Shown: piece by piece, positions 43,911 through 55,208 of the stretch
Layout of the letters: every line of letters begins with the position of its first letter
Position numbering within the stretch: the first letter of the stretch is position 1
DNA from: Pseudomonadota bacterium
GTDB taxonomy: Bacteria; Pseudomonadota; Gammaproteobacteria; Burkholderiales; Thiobacillaceae
NCBI GenBank assembly: GCA_041639215.1
Contig: JBEQCP010000002.1
Coordinates: 118,844-182,843 of the forward strand
DNA length: 64,000 nucleotides
Direction of reading: 5' to 3'
Notes under the pieces: generated by a model
What the model was told of the DNA's origin: nothing
Databases searched by the model: none
Seen by the model: the letters and a program-made list of their open reading frames with translations, nothing else
Translations under genes and position numbers: made by a program

Positions 43911-43997
43911 TGGTGCCCAGAAGAGGACTCGAACCTCCACAGTGTTGCCACCGCTAGGACCTGAACCTAGTGCGTCTACCAATTCCGCCATCTGGGC
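43911..43997 (-). tRNA. tRNA-Leu (anticodon CAG)
   Basis: 87 nt. Acceptor GCCCAGA/TCTGGGC, anticodon stem CTAGG/CCTAG with loop TTCAGGT, long variable arm, T-loop GGTTCGAGTCC and encoded CCA. Confidence 0.92.
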
Positions 43998-44047
43998 TGA
44001 GAAGACGCGCATATTAGAGAGCCTTGAATAAATTGTCAACGAAGAAG

Positions 44048-46308
<2,261 letters not shown>

Positions 46309-46312
<4 letters not shown>

Positions 46313-47073
46313 GCGAGAAGTCCGCCGACAAACACGCCGCAGAAAAACTCATCTACGGTTTCCACGCCGTACTGGCGCGTCTGCGCCACGATCCCAAAGG
46401 CGTGCTGGAAATCTATCTTGACCTCACCCGCCGCGACGCGCGTGCGCGCGATCTGGTGCATCAGGCCAAAGATGCCGGGGTCAGGCTCGCGCAGGTCGAG
46501 GCCGACCGCCTCGAGCGGCTGGTCGGCAAGGCCGCCCGGCATCAGGGCGTAGTCGCGCGCGTGCGGCCGGTCGTGCTGCCGCATTCGCTCGACGACATCC
46601 TCGACAGCCTCTCAGGCCCGCCGCTCTTGGTGCTGCTCGACGGCGTCACCGACCCGCACAACCTCGGTGCGATTCTCAGATCAGCGGACGCCTTCGGCGT
46701 CCACGCCGTCATCGCGCCCAAGGACAACGCCGTCGGCATCAACGCAACCGTGGAAAAGGTCGCCTCCGGCGCCGCCGAAACCGTGCCCTACCTCATGGTC
46801 ACCAACCTCGCGCGCACTATCGAGGATTTGAAGGAACGCAACATCTGGGTCATCGCCGCCGACATGGACGGCGAGCAGCCCCTCTCCGGCATCGACTGCA
46901 AGACCGGCATCGCCTGGGTGCTCGGTGCAGAGGGCGCGGGCATCCGGCGGCTGGTCAAGCAGAGCTGCGACCAGGTCGCGCGCATTCCCATCGGCGGCAC
47001 GGTGGAAAGCCTCAACGTCTCGGTGTCGGCGGCGCTGTGTTTGTATGAGACGGTGCGGCAGCGGGGCGGCTAG
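46309..47073 (+). CDS. rlmB: 23S rRNA (guanosine-2'-O)-methyltransferase RlmB
   Basis: SpoU/TrmH fold with an N-terminal substrate-binding domain. Classical rnr-rlmB pair with overlapping stop/start. Confidence 0.9.
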
Positions 47074-47094
47074 GTGGTGGGAGCTGCCAAGCCC

Positions 47095-47508
47095 ATGGCG
47101 GGTCTTGCTATGCTCGTCTGCCTTGCAGGGTGTGTCGCTACTGGCGAGTACGAGAGTGATAGCGCCGGTGGGAGCGAGCGCGTCCAGGAAGTGCGCCCGG
47201 ATGTGTTCCTGATCGTCGCAAAAAGCGGCTTTTATGTCCCGGATTCAGAGCCGCCATGGATGCTGGGCGAGAAACTCATGTACAAGGCGCTGGGGCAGGG
47301 GCCTGGCGCAGCCAGCAAGAGATGGGAAGCTCGCGCAAATCAGGTCTGTGGGGGATCAGGATACCGACCCTATAAAGTCGAAACCTATGTCTATGCCGCC
47401 AATACAGGTCCATGGCCCCGCTCGATTGCCGTCAAATCGGCGTACGCAGTATGCAACAGGAAGAATTACACCGAAGCTGACATAAAGGCGATGTTCCCTG
47501 ACTGGTAG
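47095..47508 (+). CDS. Hypothetical lipoprotein
   Basis: Lipobox LAGC after MAGLAMLVC. 137 aa with no recognised family and somewhat lower GC. Confidence 0.55.
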   Translation: MAGLAMLVCLAGCVATGEYESDSAGGSERVQEVRPDVFLIVAKSGFYVPDSEPPWMLGEKLMYKALGQGPGAASKRWEARANQVCGGSGYRPYKVETYVYAANTGPWPRSIAVKSAYAVCNRKNYTEADIKAMFPDW

Positions 47509-47527
47509 GGCGAGGTAAGGGAGCGTT

Positions 47528-49240
47528 TTAGCCCCGTACTTTCCGATACGCCTCCAGCAGTGCCTGGTGCATCGCGCTCCCCTCGAAGTCCTTCCCCAGC
47601 GTCGTCAGTCCGAAAAACCGCTCGTCCTGATTGAACAGCGCGAACGCCTGTTCCAGCGTCTCGCGGCCGTACATCAGCGCCAGCGCGGATTCGAAGGGGC
47701 CGGGATCGCCGAGTTGAACGAGGTCGGCGATGCAGCGGTAGACCTTCAGGCGCGCTTCGCTGCGCTGGCCGTACTGGGCGATCCAGGTGCAGCCTTCCAG
47801 GATCGCTTCGTCGTCGCCGAGGGCCAGCGCGAGCAGCAGCTTGATCTCGCCGACGCGGATGTCGGTCCAGGGTGAGTCGGCGTCGGGGGCGAGGCCGATC
47901 AGCACGGTGACGAGCCGGTCGTCGGCGAGTTCGAGTTCATTGATCAGGTCGAGCAGGTCGGCGCATTCGTCGTCGTCGAGTTCGGGCAGGCGCGCGAGTG
48001 CGGGGCGGATCAGGTTGCCGACGCTGTTGTTCTCGAATTCGAGCTCCTCGACGGGGTAGATCTCGGACACGCCGGGCACCAGGATGCGACAGGCGTAGAC
48101 GCCGAGGTGTGTGAAGTCGGCGATGTAGATCTCGTGGCCTTCGGCGTGCAGGGCGTCGACCGACCAGTGGTAATCCTCGTCGGTGGTGGTGCCGAAATTC
48201 CAGTCGACGAAGTCGCAGTCGGGCGTGTCGCGCAGGAACTGCCAGGAAATCACGCCGCTGGAATCGACGAAGTGGATTTCCAGGTTCTGCGGGTCGGCGA
48301 TTTCGGCCTGGTCGAAACCGGGGGCAGGGAAACCTGCCAGCGAATCGAGCGCACGGCCCTGCAGCAGCTCGGTCAGCGCGCGTTCCAGCGCGACTTCGAA
48401 GCGCGGGTGTGCGCCGAAGCTGGCGAAGCAGCCCTGATCGTCGGGGTGCAGCAGGGTGACGTTCATCACCGGATAGCGGCCGCCGAGCGAGGCGTCTTTC
48501 ACCAGGATGCCGAAGCCCGCTTCGCGCAGGCCGCGGATGCCGGCGGCGATGCGCGGGTAGCGATTGATCACGTCTTCGGGCACGTCGGGGAGGCACAGGC
48601 CTTCCTCGATGATGCGGAACTTGATGTGGCGTTCGAAGATCTCGGCCAGCGCCTGCGCGCGCGCTTCCTTCAGCGTGTTGCCGGCCGACATGCCGTTGCT
48701 GACGTAGAGGTTGCCGATGAGGTTGACCGGGAAATACACGGTCTCGCCGTCGGAAAGGCGCTGGTAGGGGATGGCGCAGATGCCGCGTGCGGCGTTGCCG
48801 GAGTTGAGGTCGATTAGCTGGTCGGCGCGCACGTTTTCGTCAGGATTGTAGAAGCCGTGCAGCGCGGGGGTGAGGAGTCCCTGCGGCCACGCATCGCTGT
48901 CCGGGATGAACCAGCGCTCGTCGGGGTGGTGGACGTAGTGCCGGTTGGCGATCGTCTCGCCCAGATAGAAATGGGTCCAGAAATAATTGGTCGACAGTCG
49001 CTCGAAATACTCGCCCAGCGCGCTCGCCCGCGCGGCCAGCTCGGAGCCGCCCTTGCCGTTGGTGAACAGGATGGTGCAGTCGCGGTCGCGGATGTGCACC
49101 GACCACACGCCTTCCACCGGATTGAGCCAGGAACGCTCCTCGACATGGAAGCCGATCGCCTGGAGCTTGGCGTGCAGGGTGGCGATCGACGCTTCGAGCG
49201 AGGCATCCTTGCCGGGGATGAAGTGTTCGGGGGAGGACAT
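47528..49240 (-). CDS. ycaO: YcaO-family protein, E. coli YcaO type (stand-alone, C-terminal TPR-like extension)
   Basis: FIPGKDASLEASIA...WLNPV..VWSVHIRD...FTNGKG...ALGEYFERLSTNYF aligns by eye with the E. coli YcaO N-terminus. The alternative start at 49273 adds 11 aa. Confidence 0.85.
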   Translation of the reverse strand: MSSPEHFIPGKDASLEASIATLHAKLQAIGFHVEERSWLNPVEGVWSVHIRDRDCTILFTNGKGGSELAARASALGEYFERLSTNYFWTHFYLGETIANRHYVHHPDERWFIPDSDAWPQGLLTPALHGFYNPDENVRADQLIDLNSGNAARGICAIPYQRLSDGETVYFPVNLIGNLYVSNGMSAGNTLKEARAQALAEIFERHIKFRIIEEGLCLPDVPEDVINRYPRIAAGIRGLREAGFGILVKDASLGGRYPVMNVTLLHPDDQGCFASFGAHPRFEVALERALTELLQGRALDSLAGFPAPGFDQAEIADPQNLEIHFVDSSGVISWQFLRDTPDCDFVDWNFGTTTDEDYHWSVDALHAEGHEIYIADFTHLGVYACRILVPGVSEIYPVEELEFENNSVGNLIRPALARLPELDDDECADLLDLINELELADDRLVTVLIGLAPDADSPWTDIRVGEIKLLLALALGDDEAILEGCTWIAQYGQRSEARLKVYRCIADLVQLGDPGPFESALALMYGRETLEQAFALFNQDERFFGLTTLGKDFEGSAMHQALLEAYRKVRG

Positions 49241-49324
49241 GGGGCGGGCCAGAGGAGGAAAAACGGACAGCATACGCGATGCGTCAAGCGAGACCGGATG
49301 AGCCGGCCGGCGACGGCATGTTTT

Positions 49325-50284
49325 TCAGCCGGTGGTCTGCTCGAATTCGGCCACCAGCTGCCGCAGCCGGCTGGCTTCCTGCTCGGGCCGCATCAGGGCC
49401 CGGCGCTGGCGGGCGTGATCGCGCAGCGCGGCGTAAAAAGCGGGATCGTGCTCGGCCTGCACCATCAACCGCGCCAGTTCACGTTCGTCGCCCACCGGGA
49501 AATAGCCGGGATAGTCCTCGCCCAGCATGCCGACGTTGCCGGGCATGTGCGAGGCGAGTACCGGCACGTCGGCGGCCAGCGCTTCGCAGATGACGTTGGC
49601 GCCGCCTTCCATCACTGAGCTGATGACCATGAGCCGCGCGCGTGCCAGCTGCTTCAGCACCGCCGCATGCGTGACCTGGCCGCGCCAATGCCAGCGTGGC
49701 AGCCTGGCCTGCGCCATCTCGGCGGTTTCGGCCATCTCCTCGGACAGCGCGCCGCCGAGGTGGAGGACCTGGATATGTGAATGCTCGGGCAGGTAGGCGG
49801 TGGCGAGCGCGGCGCGGAAAGGATCCTTTTCCGCGCGCAGGTGGCCGATCACCAGCGCCTCGAACCCCTCTCGCCGCGGCGGCAGGCGGACGATGTCGGG
49901 CGCGGACTGGTAGATCACGCGCGTGCGGGCGGCGAGGTGGGCCGCCAGTTCGTCGGGGCCGCGGTCCTGCAGCACGATGATGCGGTGCGCCCATTCGAGC
50001 GCCTGCCGGGCGTCGGGGTCTTCGTGAATGTCGCGATAGAGGTCGGTGCCGGTCAGCGTGACGACCAGCGGGCGGGTCGGGAAGCGCTCGGCGAAGGTGC
50101 GGATCGAGGCGAAGCTGCGCCGCGCATGCAGCGCCAGCATCAGGTCGGCGTCGCGGCCGTCCCACTCGACCTGCACCCGCACAGTGTGTCCGGCTTCGCG
50201 CAAAAAGCGGGCATAGCGTGCAGCGGTATGCCAGTTGCCGTTGCGGTGCTCGCGGCCGTACGGGGTGATGAGGGCGATGCGCAT
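49325..50284 (-). CDS. GT-B fold glycosyltransferase (GT4-like) with atypical N-terminal NGN motif
   Basis: 319 aa. MRIALITPYGREHRNGNWHTAARYARFLREAGHTV N-terminus and a C-terminal E-G-G-ANVICEALA nucleotide-sugar binding region. Confidence 0.7.
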   Translation of the reverse strand: MRIALITPYGREHRNGNWHTAARYARFLREAGHTVRVQVEWDGRDADLMLALHARRSFASIRTFAERFPTRPLVVTLTGTDLYRDIHEDPDARQALEWAHRIIVLQDRGPDELAAHLAARTRVIYQSAPDIVRLPPRREGFEALVIGHLRAEKDPFRAALATAYLPEHSHIQVLHLGGALSEEMAETAEMAQARLPRWHWRGQVTHAAVLKQLARARLMVISSVMEGGANVICEALAADVPVLASHMPGNVGMLGEDYPGYFPVGDERELARLMVQAEHDPAFYAALRDHARQRRALMRPEQEASRLRQLVAEFEQTTG

Positions 50285-50328
50285 GCAGTTGAGTGTAGCC
50301 TGACCGGCGAATCGCGGATAATCGCGGC

Positions 50329-51108
50329 ATGACCGAAACCGCCATTTCCTCGCGCGACAACCCGATCTTCAAGCGGCTCAGGAAGCTGGCCGAGTCCGCG
50401 CGCGCGCGCCGCGAGGCGGGGATGACGCTGCTCGACGGCGAGCACCTGCTGGCGGCCTACCTCGACGCAGGCGGCCAGCCGCATACGCTGGTGCGGGCCA
50501 CCTCGTTCGACGCCGGGCGGCTGGCGGCCTTCGTTCCGCGCTGCCCGCACGCCAAGGCCATCGTGCTGCCCGATGCGCTGTTCGCCGAGCTCGCGCCGGT
50601 CGCCACGCCCACCGGCATGCTGGCAGAGGCTGCCTGGCTGGTGCCGCCGGCCAGCGACGCCACGCCGCTCGTGATCGTGCTGGAGGACATTCAGGATCCC
50701 GGCAACCTCGGGTCCATGCTGCGCACCGGCGCGGCGGCCGGGGCGACGCTGGCGGTACTGTCGAAGGGCTGCCACGACCCGTGGTCGCCCAAGGCGCTGC
50801 GCGGCGGGCAGGGCGCGCAATTCGTGCTGCCGCTGCAGCAGGGCGTCGAGCTGGCTGCGTGGCTCAAGGCGTTTGCGGGGCGCAGCGTGGCGCTGGCGCT
50901 GGGTGGGACGGAGGATGTCTATGCGCTGGATTACGTCGGCGCCACCGCGCTGGTGGTCGGTAACGAAGGCGCCGGCCTGACGCCGGCGACGGCGCTGGCG
51001 GCGACAGCGCGGGTGCAGATCCCGATGCCGGGCCGGGTGGAGTCGCTCAATGCCTCGGCCGCACTGGCGGCGGCGGCGTTCGAAGTGGTGCGGCAGCGGC
51101 GCCGCTGA
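50329..51108 (+). CDS. TrmH/SpoU-family RNA 2'-O-methyltransferase
   Basis: 259 aa with SpoU motifs (LEDIQDPGNLGSMLRTGAAAG, GNEGAGL, ESLNASAA). Confidence 0.8.
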   Translation: MTETAISSRDNPIFKRLRKLAESARARREAGMTLLDGEHLLAAYLDAGGQPHTLVRATSFDAGRLAAFVPRCPHAKAIVLPDALFAELAPVATPTGMLAEAAWLVPPASDATPLVIVLEDIQDPGNLGSMLRTGAAAGATLAVLSKGCHDPWSPKALRGGQGAQFVLPLQQGVELAAWLKAFAGRSVALALGGTEDVYALDYVGATALVVGNEGAGLTPATALAATARVQIPMPGRVESLNASAALAAAAFEVVRQRRR

Positions 51109-51127
51109 ACGGCGGCCGAACGTGACG

Positions 51128-51152
51128 ACAGCCCCGTCGGGGCTGTTGTTTC
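51128..51152 (+). terminator. Terminator after the TrmH-family gene
   Basis: ACAGCCCC-GTC-GGGGCTGT hairpin followed by TGTTTCT. Confidence 0.5.
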
Positions 51153-51170
51153 TCCTGGGCAGATGCCCTT

Positions 51171-52049
51171 CTATTTGGGCATCTGCTGATCGTAGATCTG
51201 CCTGCCCTGGGTCAGAAGCTGGTTGGCGGTCGTGTACTCGCCGGCGCTGGCAGGCTTGGTTTCGGTGGCGCCGCTGGCCGAACCGGTGATCGCGGCGAGG
51301 GCAGCCTTGCCTTCTGCGGTGTTGCCGATGCCGGTCAGCACCGCGGTCAGTTTCTTCTTCTCGGCGGCTGAAAGCCTTTTGTTGAGGCTCAGCGCAAAGC
51401 CCGGAATGCGCGGCGTTTCGGCGAGCACCCGGAACGCGCCCGGAGCTTCCGCATTCAGCGCCTTCCAGGCGATGGGGCTGACGCAGATGGCGTCCAGGCT
51501 GCCTGCCTTGAGTTCCTTCGCCATCACGTCCATGAACTTGCCCTCGTAGACCGAAGCGAAGTCTCGGCTGGCGCGCAGGCCGGCCTGGTCGAGCGTGCCC
51601 ATGCACAGCGGGCCGATCGCAGTGTCACGCGACGCCAGGCCGACCCGGCTGCCTCTGAGTGCGGAAACGTTCTTGTAGGGCTTGTCGGCGGCCACGACGA
51701 ACAGGCCGTTCAGCGGCTTGTTCCATTTTGCGACCGGGACGAAGCCTTCCGCCATGGCGTCGGCGGTGATCTGCGCCGGCGCCAGCAGGATGGCGAAGTG
51801 GTTGTCGTTGTTGAGGCGGGTTTCGATGTTCTTGAAGCTCTGGCTGATTTCCAGCCGGAGGGTGTCGCCGCTTTTCTGCGCGATGTGCTCGGCCAGCGGC
51901 TTGAACTCGGCGCGCAACTCGGTCTGGTTGTCCTTGCTGGCACTGCCGGCGAACACGCCGAAGCGGTAGTCGGCACCGTGCGCAAGCAGGGGCAGGCACA
52001 GCAGGGCGACCGCGCCGAGGGCGCAGCGGGTCGAATGAAGGCGGGGCAT
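51171..52049 (-). CDS. PhnD-like periplasmic substrate-binding protein (orphan, no ABC partners nearby)
   Basis: 292 aa with a signal peptide. The YRFGVFAGSASKD start of the mature protein is typical of the phosphonate-type SBP family. Confidence 0.7.
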   Translation of the reverse strand: MPRLHSTRCALGAVALLCLPLLAHGADYRFGVFAGSASKDNQTELRAEFKPLAEHIAQKSGDTLRLEISQSFKNIETRLNNDNHFAILLAPAQITADAMAEGFVPVAKWNKPLNGLFVVAADKPYKNVSALRGSRVGLASRDTAIGPLCMGTLDQAGLRASRDFASVYEGKFMDVMAKELKAGSLDAICVSPIAWKALNAEAPGAFRVLAETPRIPGFALSLNKRLSAAEKKKLTAVLTGIGNTAEGKAALAAITGSASGATETKPASAGEYTTANQLLTQGRQIYDQQMPK

Positions 52050-52180
52050 GGCTAACTCCTGTCAGGCAGCAATTTGAGGGAAGCAATCGGGCCGGATCGC
52101 CCGCGAACGTCTGAGGAATCGGGCGGCCGGAGAAAAACTTGAGGGGGGACCGGGATCCCGATCTGACGACGACTTCCGGC

Positions 52181-54208
52181 TTACGCGTGTTGCCCGGCAA
52201 GCTCCAGCTGCCAGTCGCGCTGCAGGAGGACGATGACCTCGTCGACCGGAACCGGTCGGCTGATGTGATAGCCCTGCACGATCGGACAGCCGAGGCGGTG
52301 CAGGCATTCGAGCTGGCCTGCTTCTTCCACACCCTCGGCGACGGTAGCGAGGTGCAGGCCGCGGCACAGGGCGAGAATCGAGCCGATGAGCGCCTCGTTG
52401 ATCGGGGAGTGCGGCAGATCCTTGACGAAATAGCGGTCGATTTTCAGGACGTCGACCGGGAAGCGCTTGAGGTGGGCCAGCGACGAGTAGCCGGTGCCGA
52501 AATCGTCGACCGCTACCGTGATGCCCAGGGTTTTCAGCGTCTGGATCCGATCGATGGCGCTGTCGATGTCCTCCATGAAGATGCCTTCGGTCAGCTCGAG
52601 CTGCAGCGAGTGCGGCCGCAGGCCGGATTGCGCCAGCGCGTCGCGCACGCTGTCGATCAGGGAGGGGTGCCAGAATTCCTTGCTGGAGACGTTGACGGCG
52701 ACATCCAGACTGGCGAACCCGGCGGCGTGCCAGCGGGCGGCCTGCCGGCATGCGGCGATCAGAAGCTTGCGTCCGACGCTGACGATTTCGCCGGTTTCCT
52801 CCAGCATTTCCAGGAAGGCGGCGGGGGCGAGCACGCCCTTGTGCGGATGGTTCCAGCGGATCAGCGCCTCGACGCCCTGGATGCGCCCGCTCTGCAGGTT
52901 GATCTGGGGCTGGTAGTGGAACACGAATTCGTCGCGCTCGAGGGCGTAGTGCAGATCGGTTTCCAGCTGCAGCCTTTCCTCCGCCATCGCGTTCATCGCC
53001 GCGTCGTAGAGCTGGAAGCGGTCGCGGCCGGTGTTCTTGGCGTGGTACATCGCGGTGTCGGCGTTTTTCAGCAGGCTGCTGGAATCGGTTCCGTCATGCG
53101 GAAAGACGCTGATGCCGATGCTGCTGCTGCAGAAGAGTTCATGTCCGGCGACCTGGTAAGGGGCGGCCATGACGCTGCGGATCTTGTCGGCCACCTGCAG
53201 GATGTGACCGATCGTGATCGCATCGCTCACGACCACCACGAACTCGTCGCCGCCCAGCCGTGCCACGGTGTCCTCGGCGCGCACGACGGCGCGCAGGCGC
53301 AGCGCCACTTCGGAAATCAGCTGGTCGCCGCTGGCGTGCCCGAGGGTGTCGTTGACGCGCTTGAAGCGATCCAGATCGATGAACAGCACGCCCATCAGCA
53401 TGTCGCGCCGTTGCGCGCGCATGAGCGCCTGCTCCAGGCGATCCAGCAGCAGCATGCGATTGGGCAGGCCGGTCAGGGTGTCCTGGGTGGCGAGACGTTC
53501 ACGCTCGCGGCCGATACGGGTGGTGTAGAACAGCACGACCGCGGCGACGAGCAGCCCCACCAGCAGGGCGAAGCCCGACAGCAGGTACATCCAGAAGCGC
53601 GCGACGCGATGCGCCTCGTGCGCTTTGTGGCTGGCTGCCAGCGCCACGCGCTGGGTTTCGTCGTCGAGCTGCGTGAGCACGGCCATCGTGTCGTTCTGTG
53701 CCGGAATGGCCCGCTTCAGGACGAGATCCGCGGCATCCTGGGTGAACTCCCGGCCGATCAGATCGATGACCTGTTCCTGGATGGGCTGGGCGATGGTGAT
53801 CAATTCGCGCTGCCGGGCGATCAGTTCCTGTTCCCGGGCATTGAGCGGCATGTCGAGCAGCGCGAGCCGTGCCGTCACGAACTCCGAGCCTTTCTGGTGG
53901 AACTGCATCAGCAGGGTGTCGCGCTCGAACGGATCGTCGGTCTTGGTGAGCATGAACATGATCATGGTGCGCTCGCGCGCCGTGATCACCATGGTCTTGG
54001 TGAGATTCTGCTTGCGCATGTGGACGTCGACCACGGTATTGAGATTGTTCGTGGTCGTCCGCAACTGCTGCAGACCGATGGCGGTGACGAACAGGATCAG
54101 CAGCAACTGGACGACGAAGCCGGCGACAAGCGCCAGTTTCCAGGTTGCCGGACGTTTCAGGTGCGGCGTGTCGGCGGGCGAAAGGGGGTCGGTGTGATCG
54201 GACGTCAT
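52181..54208 (-). CDS. Membrane sensor diguanylate cyclase/phosphodiesterase (4HB periplasmic domain, GGDEF, EAL)
   Basis: Two TM segments flank a helical periplasmic domain. RLGGDEFVVVV and EALIRW motifs. Confidence 0.9.
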   Translation of the reverse strand: MTSDHTDPLSPADTPHLKRPATWKLALVAGFVVQLLLILFVTAIGLQQLRTTTNNLNTVVDVHMRKQNLTKTMVITARERTMIMFMLTKTDDPFERDTLLMQFHQKGSEFVTARLALLDMPLNAREQELIARQRELITIAQPIQEQVIDLIGREFTQDAADLVLKRAIPAQNDTMAVLTQLDDETQRVALAASHKAHEAHRVARFWMYLLSGFALLVGLLVAAVVLFYTTRIGRERERLATQDTLTGLPNRMLLLDRLEQALMRAQRRDMLMGVLFIDLDRFKRVNDTLGHASGDQLISEVALRLRAVVRAEDTVARLGGDEFVVVVSDAITIGHILQVADKIRSVMAAPYQVAGHELFCSSSIGISVFPHDGTDSSSLLKNADTAMYHAKNTGRDRFQLYDAAMNAMAEERLQLETDLHYALERDEFVFHYQPQINLQSGRIQGVEALIRWNHPHKGVLAPAAFLEMLEETGEIVSVGRKLLIAACRQAARWHAAGFASLDVAVNVSSKEFWHPSLIDSVRDALAQSGLRPHSLQLELTEGIFMEDIDSAIDRIQTLKTLGITVAVDDFGTGYSSLAHLKRFPVDVLKIDRYFVKDLPHSPINEALIGSILALCRGLHLATVAEGVEEAGQLECLHRLGCPIVQGYHISRPVPVDEVIVLLQRDWQLELAGQHA

Positions 54209-54417
54209 GAATGATCAGGCCCGGGGCCCGGTATGCTGTGAAACGGATGCCGCCATGGAAGGCAGGGCACCCAGTGCGCCGCATCAGCCAGGTCTTCTAA
54301 GCACGCGACATGAAGACATGCTTTCCACAATAGGCTTTATCGGCAGGATTTCCCTGAAAAACAGGGGCTGGCGAAATTTTTCCGGATCGTCCGGATCCGG
54401 GCGGCAAGAAGGCAGGC

Positions 54418-55197
54418 CTAGATCGGGCTGCGCAGGCGGGCGGCGATCTCCTCGACCGACATGCGGGTGGTGTCGGTCACCGGCAGAGCGTGCCGGCGGA
54501 ACAGCCGCTCGGCGGCGGCGAGTTCGGTGCGGCATTGCGCAAGGCTGGCGTAGCGGCTGTCGGGGTAGCGCGCCTGGCGGATCGCGGCGAGGCGCTCGGG
54601 CGCCAGGGTCAGGCCGCGCAGGCGGGGCAGGTGGGACGCCAGGGCCACGGGCAGGGCGTCGTGTTCGAGGTCGTCCGGGGTGAGTGGGTAGTTGGCGGCG
54701 CGCAGGCCGTATTGCAGCGCGAGATAGAGGGCGGTGGGGGTCTTGCCGACGCGCGAGACGCCGACCAGGATGAGGTCGGCCTGGCCGAGGCGTTCCGGGC
54801 TAAGGCCGTCGTCCAGGTTGAGTGCGAAGTTGACCGCCTCCATGCGTGCCTCGTAGTCGGGCGCCATGCCGTGGGTATGGCCGCCGCTGGGGGTGGCGGC
54901 CTGGCCCAGCGCCGTCTCGACGGCCGGTGCGATCAGCTCGAACACGTCGAACAGCGCCAGGCCCGCCTCGCGGAACGGGGTGCGCAGCGCGGGGGCGGTG
55001 AGGGAGGAGAATACCAGCGTGCGCGGCGACAGGGCGATGCGTGCGGCCGTGGCCTGCGCCTTGTCGGCGCTGTCGACGAAGGGCAGCGTAATCAGGCTAC
55101 ACTCAAGACGGGGAAACTGCGCGAGCACGCTCTTGGCGACGGCCTCGACCGTCACCCCGGTGTGATCGGATACGCAATACACGCTGTAATCGTTCAT
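54418..55197 (-). CDS. ppsR: PEP synthase regulatory protein (bifunctional kinase/pyrophosphorylase)
   Basis: DUF299 family with P-loop GVSRVGKTP. Collinear by eye with E. coli YdiA. Divergent from ppsA. Confidence 0.9.
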   Translation of the reverse strand: MNDYSVYCVSDHTGVTVEAVAKSVLAQFPRLECSLITLPFVDSADKAQATAARIALSPRTLVFSSLTAPALRTPFREAGLALFDVFELIAPAVETALGQAATPSGGHTHGMAPDYEARMEAVNFALNLDDGLSPERLGQADLILVGVSRVGKTPTALYLALQYGLRAANYPLTPDDLEHDALPVALASHLPRLRGLTLAPERLAAIRQARYPDSRYASLAQCRTELAAAERLFRRHALPVTDTTRMSVEEIAARLRSPI

Positions 55198-55208
55198 GGA
55201 GTCCGCCT

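Noticed and set aside
43832-44047. tRNA-Leu as a possible genomic-island integration site.
   Set aside because: The tRNA is flanked directly by purA (with its terminator) and rnr. There is no integrase, direct repeat of the tRNA 3' end, or compositional shift on either side.
49325-50284. Calling the glycosyltransferase SenB (selenosugar synthase) outright.
   Set aside because: The resemblance rests on my memory of an N-terminal motif only. The expected partner genes (a selenophosphate synthetase-like gene and an EgtB-like gene) are not in the window. It is kept as a testable side hypothesis, not an annotation.
54351-54381. The 14-mer AAAACAGGGGCTGG is shared with the spacer of repeat copy A (31461-31474). 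It is flanked here by GAAAAA/TTTTTC and by two CCGGAT motifs, so it could be a degenerate fourth member of the CGCGAAG element family.
   Set aside because: Several 14-mer coincidences are expected by chance among roughly 2e9 position pairs in 64 kb, and more in GC-biased DNA. The defining CGCGAAG arms are absent. It is worth rechecking only once a genome-wide consensus of the family exists.
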